A DNA stretch of 63,993 nt, filler included, from Octopus bimaculoides (taxonomy: Eukaryota): the NCBI RefSeq assembly GCF_001194135.2. It is 7 parts of 7 records of this genome, joined end to end, with 100 filler letters (N's around TTAATTAATTAA, not from the genome) between each part and the next. Parts side by side here need not be neighbours in the genome. Positions count along the whole stretch, not along the records: positions 1 to 17,080 come from NC_069010.1; positions 17,181 to 28,646 come from NC_068984.1; 5 more parts are not named here. The stretch is one strand, 5' to 3'. The position numbers and the translations under genes are program-made. Below, piece by piece: positions 12,500-22,450 of this stretch; within the stretch, counting starts at the first letter, position 1, and each line of letters starts with the position of its first letter. The notes under the pieces were generated by a model. That model had not been told where the DNA came from. It saw nothing but the letters and a program-made list of their open reading frames with translations, and searched no databases.

Positions 12500-15400
12500 G
12501 GGAGAATTCACAAAAAAANNNNNNNNNNNNNNNNNNNNNNNNNNNNNNNNNNNNNNNNNNNNNNNNNNNNNNNNNNNNNNNNNACATATATATATATAGG
12601 GAGAATTCACAAAAAAACAACAGACGAAGACAGGTGGTGAAGAAAACAAATAGATGTATTAGTATAACGCTCGGGAATTGAAAAAGTCTTTAACGTTTCG
12701 AGCCTACGCTCTTCCACAGAAAGGAGCACAGAAAGAAACAAGGAGAGAAAAAAATGTGTGTAGTGGTTAGCGATCTATATATATAATAAACCAGAGAAAT
12801 GTTTATGTTTATCATAATTAGGTTTATCCACATTCCAGTCAATACCAGTGGGATGTTTTGGGGAAGCTGAGTGACTTTGTTCATTACAGAGTTCTCGACT
12901 ATAGGTAAGCAGTATGTCAGTATAATTGGCAAATGTTTGCTTATCTTGTAATACTGAATTGAAATCGTTTCAGTTAAGTGGAGATGGATATTCTCTCTCC
13001 ACACTCAATAGCGTTAATAACTTATTAATCGATACCATTCTTATAAATCAATATTTTTAAAGTGAAATAACAAATATACATAACCTACGTAATACTTCCA
13101 CTTCACATAGGGTAAGCTGTCTCTCACTTCCTTCTAACGATATTTTGACATTACTTGAACTTACTGGTTTTTCACATTTAACATGAATTACTTGTTCGTT
13201 ATGTTCATGATGTCTACTTTCAAAACAAAGAGAAGATCCAAGATAAACTTTAAATCCTCTCAGCCTGAGACCTAGAATCAAAATATGAGAGTAAAACTGA
13301 AATCAGATGTTAGTTATATTGAGAATAATTTCAAAAGATCACCTTGCGAAAGGTTTCCCTTTCTTATAATTTGTCTAGTGTTAGTAAATATGTATGGAGG
13401 TATGTATAGATGTGTGTAAAAAATATATGCTTGTGTGTATATATGTAAATTCATGATGGAGTAGGCTCTGTACACTTAGTGCTTTGCTTAGGTATTTATT
13501 TCCATTTTCATTTATTTGCTTCTTTTTATGGTTCGCTATATTCAACGTTGAAATGTATTGATTTGTAAAAATCATATTAGTTATACACTGTTCGGTTAAT
13601 TAGAAACTATAGCAACTTCTCTAAGATCGGGAACATAAAATATAAGGAACAAAGTTTTTTGAGGGTGAGCTCAAAAGTTCATAAGCTAACTATGAAGGAG
13701 TGATGTTAGAGCTATGAAATCTTGCATACATTAATTTCAACACATCTTATTTATAACTGCATTATTTCATTCCAGGTAAGCTGATACTTGACTGTTCAAA
13801 GAAGACTTCAAATGTAACTGATAGCAATAGCAGATATGACATCATCATCACTGTGACACTGGTTCCCAGACAAATGTTTTTTCATGTTGGGGAATAGATG
13901 AAGATCAGATGGATCAAATCGGGAGAATGGGGAGGGTGATCAAACAGTTCAAAGCTACAGTCGTACACAACAGTCACTGAAACTAAGGAGTTGTTCGCTT
14001 GAGCATTGTCCTGTTGAAACAACTCCACTTTTGACAGATCAGATTTTCTTCGCATTTATTCTTAATAGCCTTTCATAACTGCTTCAGCATGTTGGCATAG
14101 TACTCTTCATTGATAGTGGGGCCTCTTTGAAAAATAATAAATAAATACTATGCCTTTTGCCTTCCCAAAACTGAGGCCCTTACCTTCCTAGCAGATATAA
14201 CAACCTAAGCTTTCTTTGGAGCAGGGGGCGTGATGTTTCTACTACATGGATTGTCTATTTGTCTCTGGCTCAGTGTGACTAACCCAACACTCATCTTGGG
14301 TTAGGATACATCGAAGGAAACTAGCTGCACCTGCCTCATACATTGTCAGATGATCCCGTGTTGTGATCAACCCGGGGCGCCATTCTGATTCCTCCGACAT
14401 GTCGGAGAAATCAAAATGGCCCGAATTACTCGAGCTCGAAAGGATGTGTGAGACCTTTCAACAACACTTTGCCCGACGACTTTTTGGTGCAACTGTTTCT
14501 GCTGTAACATTCTATCAAAAACAATGTAATCTTAATAAATAGATAAAATTTCCTCATTTAATAATGATTCAGTCATAAAAATAGACGCAACATTCATCAA
14601 AATCCATACAATCTAGTAATGCACGAGCCATTAGGGATATTACAGATATCAAAGAATGTTTGTTAGATGGATCCGATCTCCTTAGTTCATAGTCACAATA
14701 TTATCAAAGCGATACGAGTTTCTACCATTCTGAAGTCAAAATAGAGAGCATACTAAAGTTATTTCCATTGTCATAGAATCAGTGGTGGAGAGAAAACACA
14801 TATGTGATACGAATCAATTGATCCTCTAACTGGCCACTGGAAAATTTAAAAACAGCAGCGTCAACATCTCCGTCCAGTCACACATCACTGTCTTAAAAAT
14901 GATAGGATGGTCACGGCCGGAAATCCTTTGAACAGAGAGGTCTAGTTAATCAGGACTTATTCAAACTGAGTAACAGCAATAAGGAAAGTAGTAGTTCTAG
15001 CAATACTTACGGTCTTTCATTCGATTGTATATTCTCAGTTGAGATATCACGTATGGTTCATCAAACGTCACTTGCCAGTGTAACTCAGTACCTATTTTAG
15101 TTTGTGCACATGATTTATGTAGGAATGCAGGGTCAAAATTACCGTCAACCGCCTTGTCGGATGTCATTTGTAGTTCCGTGGTCTTACATGATCCATTGTC
15201 GAAAACGTATGCATTTTTTCCATATCCTGCTTGATTTGTTCGTTTACCTTGAGCAATATTGACTGAAAAAAGATTGACGCCTGAATTAATATTCAGTACA
15301 AAGTTTTTATTCAAACACCGCTAAGGACTTCGCAGTAACTGACGACAACAATCAAGAATAAAATGTTCACATAAACAGCAAACCTGACATGATCCACAGA

Positions 15401-16698
15401 ACTCTCTGATCTAGAGATGCTCCTAATATTATACTTCTCTGCTCTACCATCTTCCGTCCTCACATAGAATACTGTTATGCGTTCTGTTCTCTCTATACGA
15501 AAGTAAGTATAAAAATTAAAGCACTCCAGAGATCAATCAAAGAAAAAGCAAGGTTTTGACTTCTGGGATCGGATCGCGAAATTCAAACTTTATTCCCCAC
15601 AACGCCGCCGTGAGTGCTATATCATTTGTATAATGTGGAAAATAGTCCAACATGTTGGCATCAACTTTAGAATTCAACCTAGACTTGGCCCCAATGCCAT
15701 CTGTTCTCTACAAAACTTGCTCTCGCGTCACATTACAACACTGAGACAGAACCATTTTGCTCAACTGGCCCCGCTCTATTTAACATCAATCCGAGACACA
15801 TAAAGGAAGAAAATAATCTCAACATTCAAATGTTTCCGGAATAAATAACCTCAAGAAATTCCAGATAAACAACTACACTCGGATGTATCCCTGCAAACAA
15901 TAACTCTTTTTGTCGCATGGGCTATGATGCCCAAAGCATGACTGTAACATACATGAAGCATGAATAAATGTTTTCTAGGGTGCTGCTTTTGGCATGGATA
16001 AATTCTGGTCGAACGCTACCTAAGTATCTAAGTATCCCCATACCCTGAACAAATATGTACTCACCATATGTTTTCTTGTCACACTTCTCTCCATGCCATC
16101 CATCTTCGCAGCCATTTTTACAGAACCCAGATATTTGGTGACATGATTCCCCTCGAGAACAATGACATTCATTTGTACAGTTTTCTCCGTACAATTCTGG
16201 TGGACATCCTAAATTGGTAATATCGAAACAATTTCTTTTTAAATGTGCATGAAAATAAAACATTTATTGAATATAAAACCGAATCTTCCAAAATCTCTCA
16301 AATATTTCTTGAAAATTTATTCAATGACAAGTCGTTTAGATGAACAAACTAGTCTTTCTGTAAGACGTTGTCTAGTGAAAAGTCGCTTTCTTATAAAACT
16401 GATTCCATTAAAAGATTGTTTCGATGAAAAGATGTGTGATAAATTGTTGTACGATAAAATGTTTTGGTATCACTTATTACATATGAAATGAAATAACAGA
16501 AATAAATTGGAAGAAACAATTGAAAATCGCTATTAATACGAGATGTAAACATACCATGTAATGTAATACGATAAACTTTTGCCTTCCCGTTGATATACAA
16601 GTCTCTAGCCATCACATCACCAGTGCAAATTATCTTATTTCCATCTGAGTTTAGTTTGCAGTCCATTCCAATCGGATACGTAATCTTCATTGTTGCAT
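776..16698 (-). CDS. Partial multi-exon receptor-type protein tyrosine phosphatase with lectin (FTP/discoidin-like) and EGF-like ectodomain; 5' and 3' incomplete
   Basis: Exons 16555-16698, 16065-16208, 15011-15262, 13089-13271, 11489-11629, 9935-10078, 9541-9631, 7246-7334, 5553-5692, 4808-4895, 3351-3424, 776-800 all have AG/GT ends and matching phases, and join into one open frame with EGF cysteines, [12 protein letters not shown], a TM helix and PTP motifs KNQY, DHSRVKL, DYINANF, YIACQG. Confidence 0.92.
1170..1350 (+). mobile_element. Interspersed repeat family D (TTTTACTTGTTTCAG..CTGCGGCCATGCTGGAGCACCGCC), decayed copy
   Basis: Visibly similar to copies at 22218-22370, 40535-40705, 53030-53200 and 59200-59375 (minus). 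Confidence 0.65.
1697..2870 (+). mobile_element. Decayed Penelope-like element reverse transcriptase, antisense in an RPTP intron
   Basis: Across frameshifts and stops: [92 protein letters not shown]. Confidence 0.88.
3351..3424 (-). CDS. RPTP exon: PTP motifs 2-3 ([25 protein letters not shown])
   Basis: DHSRV.L and DYINAN motifs; acceptor catatttcag, donor gtacgt; 74 nt, phase 1-0. Confidence 0.95.
4330..4515 (-). mobile_element. SINE-like family A (GGCGGCGAGCTGGCAGAA..GAGTTCAAATTCC..GGGGTCGAT)
   Basis: Reverse complement matches copies at 45663 and 55882; B-box-like GAGTTCAAATTCC. A more decayed copy lies at about 5100-5300. Confidence 0.75.
4808..4895 (-). CDS. RPTP exon: PTP motif 1 ([30 protein letters not shown])
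   Basis: Acceptor tattcacag, donor gtaaat; 88 nt, phase 0-1; KNxY..ILPY motif. Confidence 0.92.
5553..5692 (-). CDS. RPTP exon: pre-catalytic region (...[20 protein letters not shown])
   Basis: F..EF motif before the PTP domain; donor gtcaga, phase 0. Acceptor tattatag at 5692 fits phase 1, but the 5' edge is uncertain. Confidence 0.78.
7246..7334 (-). CDS. RPTP exon: basic stop-transfer and juxtamembrane segment ([30 protein letters not shown])
   Basis: Acceptor tatattttag, donor gtaggt; 89 nt, phase 2-1. RKKR follows the TM helix when spliced directly. Confidence 0.85.
7918..8116 (+). mobile_element. SINE-like family A copy with 15-bp target-site duplication
   Basis: ATATGTGTCAAGATT at 7903-7917 and 8117-8131 flanks the element. 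Confidence 0.85.
8897..8972 (+). pseudogene. Degenerate tRNA-like sequence (tRNA pseudogene or SINE head), nominal anticodon CGT
   Basis: CGTGA/TCACG stem around 7-nt loop cgcgtaa, partial T-arm gtgag-ttcg-ccac, partial acceptor pairing with gctagcc; several conserved bases lost. Confidence 0.45.
9541..9631 (-). CDS. RPTP exon: transmembrane helix ([30 protein letters not shown])
   Basis: About 22 hydrophobic residues; acceptor aatttccag, donor gtaagt; 91 nt, phase 1-2. Confidence 0.92.
9935..10078 (-). CDS. RPTP exon: EGF-like module, duplicate copy B ([47 protein letters not shown])
   Basis: Acceptor ttattgcag, donor gttaga; 144 nt, phase 1-1, 8 Cys. Confidence 0.9.
10868..11222 (-). mobile_element. 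tRNA-derived SINE family B (GTGGAGGCGCAATGGCCCAGTGGTTAG...), 3' truncated
   Basis: Near-identical to 20719-21002 and 46346-46737; A-box and B-box-like motifs. Confidence 0.9.
11489..11629 (-). CDS. RPTP exon: EGF-like module, duplicate copy A ([46 protein letters not shown])
   Basis: Acceptor ttattgcag, donor gttaga; 141 nt, phase 1-1, open, 8 Cys. Not in the ORF track. Whether it is constitutive or alternative is unknown. Confidence 0.82.
12330..12378 (+). ncRNA. Degenerate minimal type I hammerhead-ribozyme-like motif
   Basis: CCGATGA-AGGGA..TCCCT-GAAA-C-AGCT-GTA: core has U4 to C, 5-bp helix II, palindromic stem III loop; stem I imperfect. Confidence 0.55.
12688..12723 (-). ncRNA. Second degenerate minimal hammerhead-like motif
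   Basis: Minus strand CTTT-CTGTGGA-A-GAGC-GTAG-GCTC-GAAA-CGTT-AAAG: 4-bp stems I and II; core has A6 to U and one extra A. Confidence 0.4.
13089..13271 (-). CDS. RPTP exon: C-half of F-type lectin/discoidin domain ([10 protein letters not shown]...LTLCEVEVL)
   Basis: LTLCEVEV end motif; acceptor ttttgattctag, donor gtaggt; 183 nt, phase 1-1. Confidence 0.92.
13661..14340 (-). mobile_element. Mariner-type transposase 3' remnant with one TIR
   Basis: Minus-strand LFQQDNAQ and [10 protein letters not shown], then after a frameshift [16 protein letters not shown]; TIR-like gagggtgagctcaaaagtt at 13661. Confidence 0.8.
14810..14990 (+). repeat. Old interspersed repeat (..AATAGCAGC..GTCTTAAA..GGATGGTC..) with related copies at 37360-37570 and 63735-63940
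   Basis: Shared motif order seen by eye in three diverged copies; class unknown. Confidence 0.45.
15011..15262 (-). CDS. RPTP exon: N-half of F-type lectin/discoidin domain (VNIAQGK...AVDGN...CAQT...WQVTF...YNRMKD)
   Basis: NIA.GK, AVDG, C..T, W.V.F and I.NR motifs; acceptor ttttttcag, donor gtaagt; 252 nt, phase 1-1. Confidence 0.92.
16065..16208 (-). CDS. RPTP exon: EGF-like (MEGF/SREC-type) module [48 protein letters not shown]
   Basis: 8 cysteines with MEGF-like spacing; acceptor aatttag, donor gtgagt; 144 nt, phase 1-1. Confidence 0.93.
16555..16698 (-). CDS. RPTP exon: likely diverged C-terminal half of a galactose-binding-like domain ([49 protein letters not shown])
   Basis: Acceptor ttcccaccag, donor gtatgt, 144 nt, phase 1-1. 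Domain identity inferred from position before an EGF exon. Confidence 0.75.
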
Positions 16699-16752
16699 CT
16701 GGTGGGAAGAGTATATACATAAAAATAGGAGATTTATACCTGTAAATGTGTG

Positions 16753-16801
<49 letters not shown>

Positions 16802-16820
16802 GTATGTATATGTATATATA

Positions 16821-17080
16821 CAGGGGTTGGACAATATAATGTAAACACCAAGTATCATAGCATCATAATTTTGAAATATCTATAAAACTGTCAAAAACTT
16901 GTTTATTTTTATGTTTTTTGATTTATTATTAGTATTGCTTAATATGTTTTGCTAAAATTGATTGCTTTTTCTCTTCGGATGTCATCAGAAAAAGGTAATT
17001 AAAATTCATTAAAATGACAGATCTATCGGACTTTCAAAGAGGTCAAATTGTTGGTGCTCGTGTGGCAGGCGCTAGCATAT
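16821..17080 (+). mobile_element. Tc1-family transposon 5' end, cut by spacer
   Basis: TA then CAGGGGTTGGACAA TIR-like start; ATG at 17014 reads MTDLSDFQRGQIVGARVAGASI (Tc1 HTH). Confidence 0.82.
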
Positions 17081-17180
17081 NNNNNNNNNNNNNNNNNNNN
17101 NNNNNNNNNNNNNNNNNNNNNNNNTTAATTAATTAANNNNNNNNNNNNNNNNNNNNNNNNNNNNNNNNNNNNNNNNNNNN
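17081..17180. other. Artificial 100-bp join spacer (44N-TTAATTAATTAA-44N); also at 28647, 47334, 50071, 58545, 62693
   Basis: Identical layout six times; the 12-mer has stops in all six frames. Confidence 0.97.
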
Positions 17181-17451
17181 CACACCTGTTCACCGCTGTC
17201 TACGTAGAGCCGGAGATGTCGCAGTCTCAGCGCGTGTCTGCGCATCATCAACCACGGCATGCCCAGTCCTCCTTTTAACGGGTGTTGGCAGCAAACGGAT
17301 CGCCTAACCATCGGAACGCTTCCTTTCCACAAGAAGCGGAAGAGGATGCGCTCCAGTTTGGTGATGGTAGGGTCGGGACAAGGAACGACGGTCAGGCGGT
17401 AGTAGATGACGGACGCGATGTACGTGTTCGCCACCTCCGCCCGACCTTTCA
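17181..17451 (-). mobile_element. Tx1/L1-like LINE ORF2 fragment downstream of the RT core
   Basis: LKGRAEVANTYIASVIYY..FRFLWKG..V.R..LKGGLGMP; uninterrupted and GC-rich, suggesting a young copy. Confidence 0.85.
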
Positions 17452-19612
17452 GATACATACATACATACATACATACATGCATATATATTATGTGTAAATA
17501 TGTGTAGAAGTGTGTATGTTTGCGAATATATATGTATGTAGGTATGCGTGAGTATGGCCGTGATCACTAAAAGCAACAGAGAAACGCATGTATAACTACA
17601 TAAATACGGATGAATTTCTGTATACACATACAGATGGAAAACTAGATATATAGACAGGTAGGTAGGTAGGTAGGTAGGTAGATAGATAGATAGATAGATA
17701 GATAGATATCTTCTTATTATAGCCACACAGGGCTAAATACAGAAAATGGACAAATTACAATGTAGAGCTTTTCTTTGTGGGGGAAAGGGGGGATAATTTC
17801 GATCAAAAGGGNNNNNNNNNNNNNNNNNNNNNNNNNNNNNNNNNNNNNNNNNNNNNNNNNNNNNNNNNNNNNNNNNNNNNNNNNNNNNNNNNNNNNNNNN
17901 NNNNNNNNNNNNNNNNNNNNNNNNNNNNNNNNNNNNNNNNNNNNNNNNNNNNNNNNNNNNNNNNNNNNNNNNNNNNNNNNNNNNNNNNNNNNNNNNNNNN
18001 NNNNNNNNNNNNNNNNNNNNNNNNNNNNNNNNNNNNNNNNNNNNNNNNNNNNNNNNNNNNNNNNNNNNNNNNNNNNNNNNNNNNNNNNNNNNNNNNNNNN
18101 NNNNNNNNNNNNNNNNNNNNNNNNNNNNNNNNNNNNNNNNNNNNNNNNNNNNNNNNNNNNNNNNNNNNNNNNNNNNNNNNNNNNNNNNNNNNNNNNNNNN
18201 NNNNNNNNNNNNNNNNNNNNNNNNNNNNNNNNNNNNNNNNNNNNNNNNNNNNNNNNNNNNNNNNNNNNNNNNNNNNNNNNNNNNNNNNNNNNNNNNNNNN
18301 NNNNNNNNNNNNNNNNNNNNNNNNNNNNNNNNNNNNNNNNNNNNNNNNNNNNNNNNNNNNNNNNNNNNNNNNNNNNNNNNNNNNNNNNNNNNNNNNNNNN
18401 NNNNNNNNNNNNNNNNNNNNNNNNNNNNNNNNNNNNNNNNNNNNNNNNNNNNNNNNNNNNNNNNNNNNNNNNNNNNNNNNNNNNNNNNNNNNNNNNNNNN
18501 NNNNNNNNNNNNNNNNNNNNNNNNNNNNNNNNNNNNNNNNNNNNNNNNNCTAAGGTGTTTTTGTTTGTTTGTTTGTGTGTGTGTATGTGTTGTGTTCGTT
18601 TGCTTGTGTATCTGCTTGAGTATATGTGAATGTGTGTGTATGTGTTTGTATGTGTGTGGTGTGTGTGTGTGTGGTGTGTGTGTGTGTGTGTGTGTGGTTT
18701 GTGTGTGTGTGTGTGTGTGTTTATGTATGTGTGTGTGTATGTACTCGTTTGTCTTAGAATGTGTGTGGATTTGTGCATGGAGGGTTTGTGTGGGTGAGAT
18801 AGAGATGGGAGAAAGAGAGAGAGAGAGAATGAGAGAGAGAAAGTGAGAGAGAAGGGAAATATATATTGAGAAGATGTTAGAGGTTACAGTCAAAGAAAAA
18901 AGGCTTATATATATGAATGTGTTTGTGTATGTATATATATGAACGTAAATATATCGATATATATATATCATTATTCAGTTTATTTCAAGAATCCTTGCCA
19001 ATAGAGAAAGAAACGGTTTCTAACCCAGATCCAATGTTCCTTCAACAACAGAGTATTTTTGTATGTATGTATGTATGTATGTATGCGTTCGTTACTTACG
19101 GTAGGCCTATGACTGATAAGTATGTGTGTGACAGTGTTTGTATCTATCAATATACATACATGTTTTTGAGGACTCACACACACACACACAGATCTAAAGC
19201 CGCAGACAGACGCACAAAGGGACAGAGAAAGGCTTGCAGTGTGCGTTAATGTATGTGTGTATGTATGGAAGTGTCTGAGTATATGTATGTACCGTTACCC
19301 GCCCACCCCACACCCAACAGTGAAACTCGCTGATATTGAACGTTGCAACGAGTAGGTTTCATTAGAAAGTGAAAATAGTTAAACACTTTCAATTTGAACA
19401 AGATTACAAACTGTTCGATTATGAGACTGACGATGTGTGAATAATGAAACTAATGTTTCTCCGAATTAGTCATATCTGTATTATGCTTTTCCGTCAACAA
19501 CTCTTTTTTACATCTAAAATAACCTCTGCAACTACGTTGGGTCGCACAATTTTTAGGTCATTTTCAGACAATATTTCAATTTGCTTCTAATGTTTCACTT
19601 TCGTCCAATGTT

Positions 19613-20610
19613 TTACATGGCGAAGCTGAGTTTCAAAGGGAACTGAAGTCTCTACATAGTGTAGAGTCAGGCTAGTTGGGGTTAGCAGAATATTCGGAAT
19701 GAAAACGGTATCGTTTTTACCGTGCCCCGTGAGAATTTGGGCTTCAATGACGTGGTCTATCATTTGTTTGACCACAAGGCGAGTTCCATTGCATGGTGTG
19801 GGTGCGTTTAGATTGCGTAGGAGGATTACAGAGTTGACTTTCAAGTGATGTTCATAGGGAGAAAGTCCTGGAGGATCTCGGGAGTTGAGAAATTGTATTG
19901 GAAATTGTGTAACCTGTTCGAGATCTGTAACGATGTCAACTGATCTGTAACAATGTTCTTGAGAAGGTAGCTGACTGAGTAAGTCGTAGCTGACAGCTAC
20001 ATTTGTAGGTTTAAGAATAGCCCTGTCGCGAAGCCAATCTAGTTTTATGTATTCCGTTGTAAGATTTGGGTAAACAGCAGAACATAAGTCATCAGGGATG
20101 GATTCAGTGTGACCAATGGTGGTAGTGTCAATGTATCTGTTGTCATCGGACGTAATTTATCCATTGCTGATTTTAAGGAGCATTTCCGAAAACTGGGTTG
20201 TAGGCTAACCAGTCTGTAGGAGTGATCTCATGTTAATGGTGAGTTGTTTCGATTGGACATGCGACCAAAGGAGGGATTTTTTTAGGCAGGCACTATGTAC
20301 GTCAGCGGGTGTTCCTTTGGGTATAATAGACAGAGTTTGTTGAAAATCTCCTGCAAGAAGTAGAGTCGCACCTCTAAGGATGTTGCTGTTTGATCTAAGG
20401 TCTCTCATTGTGGCATGAAGTGCTTGTAGGGAACATTTATGGGACGCACAAGTTCAGTCGTTGAAAGATGTCGGATTGGACCTTCGAACATCGTACTTTT
20501 CACATGGACAGTTCTACGTCGGTTGTTCCTAAGTTGGCCGCATAACTTATTCATCTATGCTCCTGAAGGAAAAATAAAAAAATGTCGCCTGCAAAGCAGC
20601 CCTACAGTAG
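19613..20610. mobile_element. Helitron PIF1-like helicase fragment with internal inversion
   Basis: Minus 20437-19613: LLAGDFQQTL, LTINMR, ILLRNLN..CNGTRLVVK, RLQFPLKLSFAM. Plus 20446-20610: AQVQSLKDVGLDL..FSHGQFYVGCS. Confidence 0.9.
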
Positions 20611-20718
20611 TTATTGCTCAACTGCATTCTTCGCATCTAGGCCAAACTGTAGCCGTTAGCAATCAGACTTCCTGCAATCATTTCATTGATTGTTGTTAAC
20701 AGTATATTACCTGCAATT

Positions 20719-21002
20719 GTGGAGGCGCAATGGCCCAGTGGTTAGGGCAGCGGACTCGCGGTCATAGGATCGCGGTTTCGATTCCCAGACCGGGCGTTGT
20801 GAGTGTTTATTGAGCGAAAACACCTAAAGCTCCACGAGGCTCCGGCAGGGGATGGTGGCGAACCCTGCTGTACTCTTCCACCGCAACTTTCTCTCACTCT
20901 TACTTCCTGTAATTCAAAGGGTCAGCCTTGTCACACTGTGTCACGCTGAATATCCCCGAGGACTACGTTAAGGGTACACGTGTCTGTGGAGTGCTCAGCC
21001 AC
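20719..21002 (+). mobile_element. tRNA-derived SINE family B, runs into gap
   Basis: Near-identical to 46346-46737. Confidence 0.9.
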
Positions 21003-21938
21003 NNNNNNNNNNNNNNNNNNNNNNNNNNNNNNNNNNNNNNNNNNNNNNNNNNNNNNNNNNNNNNNNNNNNNNNNNNNNNNNNNNNNNNNNNNNNNNNNNN
21101 NNNNNNNNNNNNNNNNNNNNNNNNNNNNNNNNNNNNNNNNNNNNNNNNNNNNNNNNNNNNNNNNNNNNNNNNNNNNNNNNNNNNNNNNNNNNNNNNNNNN
21201 NNNNNNNNNNNNNNNNNNNNNNNNNNNNNNNNNNNNNNNNNNNNNNNNNNNNNNNNNNNNNNNNNNNNNNNNNNNNNNNNNNNNNNNNNNNNNNNNNNNN
21301 NNNNNNNNNNNNNNNNNNNNNNNNNNNNNNNNNNNNNNNNNNNNNNNNNNNNNNNNNNNNNNNNNNNNNNNNNNNNNNNNNNNNNNNNNNNNNNNNNNNN
21401 NNNNNNNNNNNNNNNNNNNNNNNNNNNNNNNNNNNNNNNNNNNNNNNNNNNNNNNNNNNNNNNNNNNNNNNNNNNNNNNNNNNNNNNNNNNNNNNNNNNN
21501 NNNNNNNNNNNNNNNNNNNNNNNNNNNNNNNNNNNNNNNNNNNNNNNNNNNNNNNNNNNNNNNNNNNNNNNNNNNNNNNNNNNNNNNNNNNNNNNNNNNN
21601 NNNNNNNNNNNNNNNNNNNNNNNNNNNNNNNNNNNNNNNNNNNNNNNNNNNNNNNNNNNNNNNNNNNNNNNNNNNNNNNNNNNNNNNNNNNNNNNNNNNN
21701 NNNNNNNNNNNNNNNNNNNNNNNNNNNNNNNNNNNNNNNNNNNNNNNNNNNNNNNNNNNNNNNNNNNNNNNNNNNNNNNNNNNNNNNNNNNNNNNNNNNN
21801 NNNNNNNNNNNNNNNNNNNNNNNNNNNNNNNNNNNNNNNNNNNNNNNNNNNNNNNNNNNNNNNNNNNNNNNNNNNNNNNNNNNNNNNNNNNNNNNNNNNN
21901 NNNNNNNNNNNNNNNNNNNNNNNNNNNNNNNNNNNNNN

Positions 21939-21998
<60 letters not shown>
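21939..21998. repeat. (CTA)n microsatellite
   Basis: Direct reading. Confidence 0.97.
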
Positions 21999-21999
<1 letters not shown>

Positions 22000-22066
22000 A
22001 TCAAGTACAGGACATCACAAACGAGTGAAAAATACGTAAAAACATAATGAGAGACAAGTACTGGAC

Positions 22067-22097
<31 letters not shown>

Positions 22098-22217
22098 ACA
22101 TACATACATACATAACACACACACACACAAGTGTGTGTGTGTGTATGTGTGCGCGTGTGTGTCTGCGTGTCTGTGTGTTTATGTATTTATGTATTTATGC
22201 ATGTAGGTATGTGGGTC

Positions 22218-22370
22218 TTTTACTTGTTCCGGTCATTTGACTGCGGCCATGCTAGAGCAGCACCTTGAAGAATTTTTAGTCGAACGAATCGATCCCAGTA
22301 CCGTTGGTAATTATTTCGCTAAGTTATGTAGACGCAAACACTTCAACACCTGTTGTCAAGTGGCGGTGGG
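22218..22370 (+). mobile_element. Family D repeat
   Basis: cttttacttgttccggtcatttgactgcggccatgctagagcagcacc. Confidence 0.75.
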
Positions 22371-22419
22371 GGCAGACACAGACACAAAGGCACATACACA
22401 GATACACACACACATTCAC

Positions 22420-22450
<31 letters not shown>

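Noticed and set aside
12498-12617. AGGGAGAATTCACAAAAAA repeated on both sides of a gap
   Set aside because: Most likely overlapping contig ends.
17125-17136. TTAATTAATTAA as a biological motif or homeodomain site
   Set aside because: Always centred in exactly 44+44 N; artificial.
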